Positions 54,243 through 64,000 of a DNA stretch of 64,000 bases are shown here, in pieces. The stretch is from assembly GCA_964016885.1 (NCBI GenBank), contig OZ024757.1, positions 23,064,001-23,128,000 of the forward strand, in the 5' to 3' direction. Made by a program: the position numbers and the translations under genes. Positions within the stretch are counted from its first letter, which is position 1; each line of letters starts with the position of its first letter. This DNA comes from Eledone cirrhosa (taxonomy: Eukaryota). The notes beneath the pieces are model-generated. The model was not told the origin of the DNA and did not search any database. It was given only the letters and a program-made list of their open reading frames with translations.

Positions 54243-54295
54243 ATTTTGTCTGATGAGGTCGTACTGTTGTACATCTGAAATATGTATAATAAAAT
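54243..54295 (+). ncRNA. type I hammerhead ribozyme in TA-flanked island (54091-54330)
   Basis: attttgt-CTGATGA-ggtcgtac[tgtt]gtacatct-GAAA-t[atgt]a-TA-ataaaat. Confidence 0.8.
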
Positions 54296-54329
54296 GTAAT
54301 TGATCAAAAGAACATCTATTTTATTAGTA

Positions 54330-54340
54330 CTTATATTTTA

Positions 54341-54371
<31 letters not shown>

Positions 54372-54658
54372 TATATAGAGAGAGAGATACATAGGTACAT
54401 ATCTATACATACACACACAAACACAATATATATATCTATAGATAGATACATATATACATACATCTATATATATATACATATAGACATTTATATATATAGA
54501 TAGATAGATAAATATATATATACATACATATATATATATATAAACACACACATACATATATATGTGCAAGTGTGTGTATATATATACATATCAATGGATA
54601 TATATATATATTTATGTTTGTCTGTGTATGTATATATATATATGTATATTTGTGTTTG

Positions 54659-54720
<62 letters not shown>

Positions 54721-54935
54721 TATATACCCTAAGTATTGAGTACTTTGGTGCGTTATGGTCCACCTGGTTCCTTACCACATTTCTATCGTTATATATATAT
54801 ATATATATATTTGTGTTTGTCTGTATATATATATATTTGTGTTTGTCTGTGTATGTATGTATATATATATATATATATTTGTGTTTGTCTGTGTATGTAT
54901 GTGTATATATATATATATATATATATTTGTGTTTG

Positions 54936-54990
<55 letters not shown>

Positions 54991-55020
54991 GTTAGACTGT
55001 GTATGTATGTATATATTTAT
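54330..55020. repeat. (TA)n microsatellite containing a 65-bp head fragment
   Basis: 54725-54790 matches 62185-62250. Confidence 0.9.
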
Positions 55021-55224
55021 TTGCCTTCAGTCACAGAAATTCTTCTGGTATATTTATATATTTATCATTTTGGTTTTTGACTATATTTTATTTTATTTAA
55101 AAAAATATTTAATATTGTTTTTATTTTTAAACATGTTATCATACTAATTTATTTGAGAGCTTTCTGCAATAATTTAATTCTCACGCAAAGAATTATTAAT
55201 GGAAAATATAAATTATTTAAAATA

Positions 55225-55265
<41 letters not shown>

Positions 55266-55714
55266 TGATGATGGTTTCATTTATTGGTCACGAGGGCCGA
55301 CATGTAGGGGACAATACAAAGACAGGGACAGTGGGGGTTTACAATAAGATTGAGTGAAAATGCACAATAACAAAACCAATATATATATAACAAAATAAAA
55401 AAATAAATAATATTGATGATGATGATAATATTTAGTGTTTGTACAGTTTTATTTAGTTTTTGTTTGTTTCTTGAAAACTTTTTTAAAAAATCAAGTAATA
55501 AAATTCCAATAATGGTTATTTATTTCACATTTTTATTGTAAATTTAAATGAGAGTATCATGGTTATAGAGTATGAAGGGGAGGGGGGGGAGAAGGGGAGA
55601 GAAAGTGGGTGGAGAGTGAGAAGAGAAGGAAGGGGTAAACATGTTAGTGAAGGGAAATTAAATTAGCATATTGATAGACAGATTGATTACTTTACTTTCT
55701 GATAAACACTAATG

Positions 55715-55738
55715 TTTATATATATATATATATGTATG

Positions 55739-55769
<31 letters not shown>

Positions 55770-56086
55770 ATATATATGTATATGTGTATATATATATATA
55801 AAGATATATGTATATTTATACATATATATATGTGTGTGTGTAGATATATATATGCGTAGATATATATATATATATACAGATTCATATATATACATACACA
55901 TATATATATACATATACACACATATATATACATATACATATATACATATACATATATATACATATACCTATATACATATATACATATACATACACCTATA
56001 TACATATATACATACATATACATACATATATACATATAAATATACATATATATACATATAAATATACATATATATACATATATACA

Positions 56087-56117
<31 letters not shown>

Positions 56118-56145
56118 ACATATATATACATATAAATATACATAC

Positions 56146-56176
<31 letters not shown>

Positions 56177-56990
56177 CATATATACATATATATACATATA
56201 AATATACATATATATATACATATATATATATACATATATATACATATATATATATATATACATATATATATACATATGTATATATATATATAAAAAGAAA
56301 ATTTTCGCTCTACATGGCTGATCAGTGACTGTGTATTTTTGAAAATAGCATATATTTTCACTAGCTCTGACAGTTTGGCAGGTGAACAGTGAGCTGTACT
56401 GATGAAGGGTGATACCCAGAAACATTAGTGTCTGCAGTTCTGTTCGCATGCCAACACAGGAGCAATGAAGTGTTCATTCCACTGACATGGCTATACAATT
56501 GAGGCTTGTTTGCATAATTGCAAACGAATCAAATGTTATAATTAATATTAAAAAAACTCAGATTACATTTATATATATGTATATGTGCATATATGTATGT
56601 ATATATATATATGTATATAAATATGTATATGTATATATATATATGTATATATATATGAAGATATAAGTATATATATACATATTTATACATATATATATGT
56701 GTGTGTGTAGATATATATATGCATAGAAATACATATTTATACATATATATACATATACATACACATATATATATATATACATATACCTATATACATATAT
56801 ATATACATAAACATACATATACATATATATATATGTATACATATATATATATATATATATACATATACACATACATATACATACATATACGTATATATAT
56901 ATATAATATATACATATACATATATATACACACACATATATATAATTAGGTATGTGTGTGTACATAGTTACACACATGTGTGTGTGTATG
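55715..56990. repeat. (TA/TACA)n field interrupted by island 56293-56570
   Basis: Direct reading. Confidence 0.9.
56392..56439 (+). ncRNA. compact type I hammerhead ribozyme
   Basis: agctgta-CTGATGA-a-gggt[gat]accc-a-GAAA-c[attagt]g-TC-tgcagtt; GUC cleavage triplet. Confidence 0.85.
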
Positions 56991-57251
56991 CATTAATGAA
57001 TTAATTTTGAGTGATTTGAAAGTTGATACATAAATTAACATGAAATGTCAAAAAAATACTAATGGAAGAAGAAGATCTGCTCTTTTCTAATTAAATTTAA
57101 TGAGTGCAATGTGTAATTAACTCTTAACATCTTAGAAATATATAGCAGAAAATATTTATAAATCAGTTAATTCAAATGTTTATAGTACCTTTACTAGTGG
57201 ACAAATTGTTGTGAAACTTTGCAATGCTAGAGTAAAGACATCAGTCTTTAA

Positions 57252-58000
57252 CCATTTACCATTTACATTACTATATATATACTATTATTTCACTGTAAAG
57301 GCTTTACATAACATTTACATTACTCGATATATACTATTATATTTTCACAGTAAAGGCTTTACCTCACATAATATTTCACATAACATTCACATTACTCTAT
57401 ATATACTATTATATTTTCATGGTAAAGGCTTTACCTCACATAATATCTCACATAACATTCACATTACTCTATATATACTATTATATTTTCATGATAAAGG
57501 CTTTACCTCACATAAGTATCTCACATAACATTTACATTACTCTATAAATACTATTATATTTTCACAGTAAAGCTTTACCTCACATAATTATCTCACATAA
57601 CATTTACATTACTCTATATATACTATTATATTTTCACAGTAAAGGCTTTACCTCACATAATATCTCACATAACATTTACATTACTCTATATATACTATTA
57701 TATTTTCATGGTAAAGGCTTTACCTCACATAAGTATCTCACATAACATTTACATTACTCTATATATACTATTATATTTTTATGGTAAAGGCTTTACCTCA
57801 CATAATATCTCACATAACATTTACATTACTCTATATATACTATTGTATTTTCACAGTAAAGGCTTTACCTCACATAATATCGAACTTATGAGATTTTGAT
57901 ATTATTTATTTTGAGAACAATACCTTAACATCAATGTTATGGCTGGTTTGAACAGAAACAGGTGAGAGAATTCAGGCCAGATGTTTTGAATGCTAAAAAG
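57252..58000 (+). mobile_element. second piggyBac-like MITE with the same 72-bp minisatellite
   Basis: ttaa|ccatttaccatt ... gaatgctaaaaag|ttaa. Confidence 0.8.
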
Positions 58001-58112
58001 TTAATTAAAACTTTTGTTTTTTACATATACAGATATTAGCCATCTCATTCAGGAAGAACACATTTCTATGGTAAACTAATTTGTATGATATTCTAATTTG
58101 TATGATATTCTA

Positions 58113-58310
58113 ATTCTTAATGAGATATTCTATAATAAACTGGAGCAATGTGAAATGAAGTGTTTTGCTCAAGAACACAACAGACAACCCAGACCAGAAA
58201 TCAAACCCATGACATTATGATCTTAGAACCAACACCCTTACCACTACACCACACACTTCCCCTAAGTATACTGGAGCAATGTGAAATGAAGTGTTTTGCT
58301 CAAGAACACA
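58113..58310 (-). mobile_element. degenerate SINE-head units (inverted counterpart of 59890-60095)
   Basis: Reverse complement match including flank ttcttaatgag..tattctataataaa. Confidence 0.8.
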
Positions 58311-58783
58311 ATTCTTGAAAGAACAATTCTTCAAGATCAATTCTTCAAGAACAAAATTCTTGAAAGCAAATCAAACTAAATTGAATCAATTTAAAAGCAA
58401 AAAAAAAAAATTAATATTGTTATGAGAGGAAAGTCTGGTAATCCTACCATACTCCATAGAGTAGTTGTGATGACCAGAATCTCATTAGTTATTCCAAAAA
58501 AGGTCTAAAGTTCGTCTCAAGCCTGGAGGCTCATTAGGCTGGTACTTATTCTGGTTTACGTGGTGTGTACAAGACTTCTCCCCACAGACAGAACACCTAT
58601 TCATCACAGGGTTAAACCCTCAGTTATAGCTGGTACTCATTTTCACCCAACATGCACCATCCATACATACCATTTGTCCAGAGCAGTGCAGTCATCTCTC
58701 TTGCACACTTCATCTGATTCCCTTATTATTCCAAGTTTCTCTCTCAGTTATCCATGCTTTCTTGTTCATGCAAATTAATTTAA

Positions 58784-58975
58784 GGGCGGTGGATTGTCAG
58801 TATCAGTAGAGGGTCAGATGCGATGCTTTGCAGCAAAGAGTTATGTCCCTTTGCGGTCTGAGTTCAAATCCCGCCGAGGTTAACTTTGCCTTTCATCCTT
58901 ACGGGGTCAACAAAATAAAGTACCAGTAATTTACTGGGATAATTGCTGGCCTTGTGCCAAAAGTAGAAACAATTT
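58784..58975 (+). mobile_element. SINE B
   Basis: Matches family. Confidence 0.9.
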
Positions 58976-59313
58976 ATTGTATAAATATGATGAAGAATTG
59001 TATAATATCCAGACCTGAACATGTATGTATTATATAAATATGAGGTATTATATAATATCCAGCCCTGAACATGTATATATTATATAAATATGAGGTATTG
59101 TTTAATGTATGATTCACAAACTATAACTGAAAATGCATATATTGTATAAATATTAAGATATATTGTACAGTTTATTATTCAGAAACTAGACCTGAACATG
59201 TATATTTCATATAAATATTAAGATATATTGTATAGTATATTATTCAGAAACTATACCTGAACATATATATATCATATAAATATTATGAGGTATTGTATAT
59301 TATGCAAAAACTT

Positions 59314-59349
<36 letters not shown>

Positions 59350-59555
59350 CATAAATATGATGATATATTGTACAACATTATCGCTTCATGATTGAATTTG
59401 GCGAGAAGCTCAAGTAGGAACCAGGGATCCCTCGTAATAATTGTGAGCATATTTATTAAATTGGTGAAGAAATCATTTCTATATTGATTATATTACTTTC
59501 ACTATAGAAACGGCATAAATCCTGATATTTCTCAACTCCCTGAATAACTAATATT

Positions 59556-60075
59556 GGAAGTGTGTGGCGTAGTGGTAAGGGTGTTGGTTTTACGCTCATA
59601 ATGTGATGGGTTTGATTCCTAGACTGGGGTCTGTGTTGTGTTCTTGAACAAAACACTTCATTTCCCATTGGTCCAGTATATTTAGTGGAAGTGAGTGGTG
59701 TAGTGGTAAGGGTGTTGGTTTTACGCTCATAATGTAATGGGTTTGATTCCTAGACTGGGTTGCGTGTTGTGTTCTTGAGCAAAACACTTCATTTCACATT
59801 GCTCCAGTATATTTAGTGGAAGTGTGTGGCCTAGTGGTCAGGGTGTTGGTTTTACGCTCATAATGTGATGGGTTTGATTCCTAGACTGGGTTGCGTGTTG
59901 TGTTCTTGAGCAAAACACTTCATTTTACATTGGTCCAGTATATTTAGTGGAAGTGTGTGGCCTAGTGGTAAGAGTGTTGGTTCTAAGATCATAATGTCAT
60001 GGGTTTCATTTCTGGTCTGGGTTGTGTGTTGTGTTCTTGAGCAAAACACTTCATTTCACATTGCTCCAGTTTATT
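59556..60075 (+). repeat. four tandem 131-bp SINE head+CORE units
   Basis: ggaagtgtgtggcctagtggtaagg..gttcttgagcaaaacacttcatttcacattgctccagt repeated. Confidence 0.9.
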
Positions 60076-60089
60076 ATAGAATACCTCAT

Positions 60090-60285
60090 TAAGAAATAGT
60101 GTGCAAGAGAGAAGACTGCACTGGTATGGACATGTCATGTGTTGGGTAAATAAATACCAAGAAATCCCAGTGGAAGGAAACTTCAGCAAGGAGATGATGA
60201 AGGACCAGAATGAGTGGCAAGATGCTGTGCTGAAAAGAACTCGTCCAACTCATGCATGGAACACAGAAGAGGCATGCTGATGATG
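60090..60285 (+). mobile_element. RTE LINE 3' fragment
   Basis: RNSVQERRLHWYGHVM..IPVEG. Confidence 0.7.
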
Positions 60286-60314
60286 TTAATTGTATGGTTT
60301 CTGAGTAACAAATA

Positions 60315-60502
60315 TTGGATTGGCAGTATCGGTAGAGGGTCGGACGCCATGCTTTGACGCATAGAGTTACGACCCTTGCCATTCTGAGTTCAAATCCCGC
60401 CGAGGTTAACTTTGCCTTTCATCCTTACAGGGTCGATAAAATAAAGTACCAGTAATGCACTGGGTAATTGCTGGCCTTGTGCCAAAAGTAGAAACAATTA
60501 TT
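60315..60502 (+). mobile_element. SINE B
   Basis: Matches family. Confidence 0.9.
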
Positions 60503-60987
60503 TAGAGGTTGAATGAGAGATAGTTATTCATCATCATCATCATCATTTTACAGCCACTTTCCATGCTGGTATAGGTTGCAGTGACCTCATCTCGTTCACT
60601 CCCACCATATTTGATATACATTCTATGGCTGCATGCCCTTCCAAATGATGACTGCTTTACAGGGTGTACTGGGTGTGTTTTATTGTAACACCACCCCTAC
60701 AACATTACAGAGTGTACTAGGTGTATTTTATCACAGCTAGAGACATGGTCATTTTCATGGAAAGACTTAAGCATTCTCTATATACCATATTGTCTCTATT
60801 TGCCAACCACTTTACAGTGTATTGAGTACATTACCATGACCACCCCAACAATAGAGAGGTTGTGTGCGTGTATCATCATCACTTTATATCTGTTTTTCCA
60901 TGAAAGGGTCTCAAATTTCATATAGCTTAGGCCTTCAGCAGGTGAAGTCCGCCCTGTTTGCCTCATGAGTTAAGATTTGAAGAAAAA

Positions 60988-61265
60988 CAATTCTCAGACC
61001 GGGTGATGTGTTGTTTCCTTGAGCAAGACACTTTATTTCACATTGCTCCAGTTTACTCAGCTGTAGAAATGAGATGATAGGGGCTGGGGTCCCTATCATT
61101 CCACTGCAAAGTGGTCGTGGAGGTGCCACGGCAAAAAGCACCCAGCACTCACTGTAAATGAGGTTGGTGTTAGGAAGGGCATCCAGCTGTAGACATCAAG
61201 CCAGAATCAGTTCCCGTCCCACCCTTGCAAGCAGGGAGAAAGCAGACGTAAGATGATGATGATGA
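60988..61265 (+). mobile_element. SINE A, 5' truncated
   Basis: Matches the 3928 copy from caattctcagacc. Confidence 0.9.
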
Positions 61266-61298
61266 TATATGTGATGATGTCTGTCTCTGTGTATAGCA

Positions 61299-61346
<48 letters not shown>

Positions 61347-61350
<4 letters not shown>

Positions 61351-61665
61351 TCATTATCATCATTTTATGTCCACTTTTCCCTGCTTGCAAGGGGGAACTG
61401 ATTCTGGCTTGATTTCTACAGCTGGATGCCCTTCCTAACACCAACCTCATTTACAGTGAGTGCTGGGTGCTTTTTTTCCATGGCACCTCCACGACCACTT
61501 TGCAGTGGAATGATATGGACCCCAGTCCCTATCATCTCATTTTCTACAGCTGAGTAAACTGGAGCAATGTGAAATAAAGTGTCTTGCTCAAGGAAACAAC
61601 ACATCACCTGGTCTGAGAATTGAACTCACAACCTTTCGATTGCAAGGCCAATGCTCTAACCACTA
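61347..61665 (-). mobile_element. SINE A
   Basis: Reverse complement of the 3928 copy; short inverted head piece at 61666-61690. Confidence 0.9.
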
Positions 61666-61752
61666 AGAGCATTAGTCTTGCAATCGAAAGTATATATATA
61701 TATATATTCCATGATATTAAATAAATGGAAACTATATTTATAAAACCATATT

Positions 61753-61817
61753 TATTTTATTATATATATTTCGAGGGCAACCAAGACAACATTGGTACGC
61801 TTTCTTCAGATAAAATA
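61753..61817 (-). ncRNA. type I hammerhead ribozyme in ~280-bp TA-flanked element (61710-61985)
   Basis: tattttat-CTGAAGA-..taccaa[tgttgtc]ttggt..-GAAA-t[atat]a-TA-ataaaata. Confidence 0.8.
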
Positions 61818-61984
61818 CAAAGTTTGTTTTATAAATAGAGATGTACCCATGAAAATTATACCTTATCGGTTGGAAATTCACTGGATAGTCTGGAATATTT
61901 ACTCCAGTTACCTGTTGAGTGTTCTAAATCAGTTATAAACATTTATGTTTGTTGGACTTCCAACAAATTAAATACAACTTCTGC

Positions 61985-62030
<46 letters not shown>

Positions 62031-62035
<5 letters not shown>

Positions 62036-62250
62036 AACGAGTAGGACCCCAACGGCTGAGCTCAAGCCATTTCGACGGCTAATTCTGGATGGCTAATTCT
62101 TGACTAAATTTTAGTCCAGAATTAGCTGTCGAAACGACTTGAGTTCAGCCGTCGGGGTCCTACTCGTTCCTATTGCCCACTCTACTACCCTAAGTATTGA
62201 GTACTTTGGTGCATTATGGTCCATCTGGTTCCTTACCACATTTCCTTCAT
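62031..62250 (-). mobile_element. TA-flanked head + fold-back palindrome
   Basis: Palindrome 62031-62173; head 62250-62174 with aagtactcaa..gagt. Confidence 0.75.
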
Positions 62251-62446
62251 TATATATATATATATATATATATATATGCAAAAGTTTTATATAAAATTGT
62301 TGGGTTACAACAAGTAAATATTTTATAACTGATATAAAGCACTCGACAAGTTTTGGAGTAGAAAACCTACCAAACCAGCTTCTTATATAAAGGTTGGTCA
62401 ATATTTATGGTACGTCAAAATTATTTATAAAACTGTTTATATATTG

Positions 62447-62512
62447 TATTTTATCTGAAGAAGGCATGCCATATTTTTAATATGGTATCCCCGAAATATG
62501 TATAATGAAATA
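62447..62512 (+). ncRNA. type I hammerhead ribozyme in ~280-bp element (62278-62555)
   Basis: tattttat-CTGAAGA-aggcatgccatat..atatggtatcccc-GAAA-t[atgt]a-TA-atgaaata. Confidence 0.75.
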
Positions 62513-62579
62513 AATATGGTTTTATAAATATAGTTTCCATTTCTTTAATATCGTATATATAAATATATATATACGATAT

Positions 62580-62796
62580 AGGCGTGTGGCTGAGTGGTTA
62601 GAGAATTGGATTCGCAATCGTAAGGTTGTGAGTTCGATTCCTGGACCAGGCGATGTGTTATGTCCTTGAGCAAGACACTTTATTTCACGTTGCTCCTTCT
62701 ACCTGGAGTTGCGACCGATAGATAGTATTAGCAATTGGAAAGACCAACGGAAACATTGTTCCCTCGGTCCGATTTGACGAAAGTCGATCGTTCCTT
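62580..62796 (+). mobile_element. SINE A with alternative tail and 12-bp TSD
   Basis: A/B boxes; TSD tatatacgatat at 62568-62579 and 62797-62808. Confidence 0.9.
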
Positions 62797-62842
62797 TATA
62801 TACGATATTAATAAATGGAAACTATATTTATAAAACCATATT

Positions 62843-62907
62843 CATTTCATTATACCTATTTCAGGGATACCACATTAAATTATGGTATGCCTTCATCAGA
62901 TAAAATA
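62843..62907 (-). ncRNA. type I hammerhead ribozyme
   Basis: tattttat-CTGATGA-aggcatacca..tggtatccct-GAAA-t[aggt]a-TA-atgaaatg. Confidence 0.8.
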
Positions 62908-63344
62908 CAATATATAACAGTTTTACAGACACCCTCACATATATAAACACAGTCAGTGCAGAAATTATAACAATCACCGACTAGATAGCTTTCAAAAATT
63001 ACCTGAGTTATGTGTTGTCTAAGAGATAGAGTTTGAACCTCGAAACCCAGCATCTATTAATCTATTATATATAACTTCCCAGTTAATGCATCCCAAACAA
63101 TTATTTTGTCAATGCATGAAGACTGAAAGATTATAGTGCCATGGGAAAATTTCAAATCAAAAACAGGAAGCTGAAGATTTAATACATCACTGTGTATATT
63201 ATTCACAGCAGCAGTTATGAAATAATTGAGGTGTTTGCAATTTATATAATGCCTTTAGGATTGTGGTTGATATATTGATGTGTCTGTCCTACCCTTACCC
63301 TTGCTAGCAGAGGGGGGAAAAAAATGATGGACCTTAAAGTGATG

Positions 63345-64000
63345 ACAATGATGGTGGTGGTGGTGGCGGTGGTGGTGATGGTATGATGGTGGTGGTGGCA
63401 GTGGTGAGGATGGTATGGTGGTGGTGGTGGGGAGGATGGTATGGTGGAGTTGGTGATGGTGATGATGGTGGTGGTGATGATGGTGATGATGATGGTATGA
63501 TGGTGAGGATGGTATGATGGTGGTGGTGATGGTGATGGTGGTGGTGGTGGTGATGGTGATGATGATGGTATGATGGTGAGGATGCTGATGGTGATGGTGA
63601 TGATGATGGTATGATGGTGAGGATGGTATGATGGTGGTGGTGATGGTGATGATGGTATGATGGTGGTAGTGGTGAGGATGGTATGATGGTGGTAGTGGTG
63701 AGGATGGTATGATGGTGATGGTGATGATGATGGTGTGGTGGTGGTGGTGATGAAGATGGTATGATGGTGGTGGTGGTGATGAAGATGGTATGATGGTGGT
63801 GATGATGGTGATGGTATGATTGTGGTGGTGGTGAAGATGATAGTAGTGGTGATGATGATGATAGTAGTGGTGATGATGATGATAGTAGTGGTGGTGAAGA
63901 TGGTATGATAGTGGTGGTGATGATGATGATGTTAGTAGTGGTGGTGAAGATGGTATGATGGTGGTGGTGATGATGATGATAGTAGTGGTGGTGGTGGTAG
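63345..64000. repeat. (GAT/GGT)n repeat
   Basis: Direct reading. Confidence 0.95.

Overview
AT-rich, non-genic animal DNA dominated by microsatellites, minisatellites, SINEs and transposon relics. The SINE and MITE families resemble those of octopus/cephalopod genomes (inference from memory, not a database hit). No intact host gene is supported, and almost all ORFs in the track are translated simple repeats. Real protein remnants are a DD37D (maT) transposase C-terminus, several RTE LINE 3' ends, a CRE-type REL endonuclease piece, a Tx1/L1-like C-terminus, decayed C2H2 fingers and a short Penelope-like fragment. The main hidden signal is a dense set of small non-coding islands sitting in (TA)n tracts. 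They carry minimal type I hammerhead ribozyme folds (11 complete folds in 6 loci plus several partial cores), often as head + inverted arm + forward arm fold-backs. They share a short AAGCACTC..GGAGT head motif, and one has a compensatory U3-A8 core. This fits a diverse non-autonomous Penelope-like/retrozyme system. Coordinates were counted by eye and may be off by a few bases.
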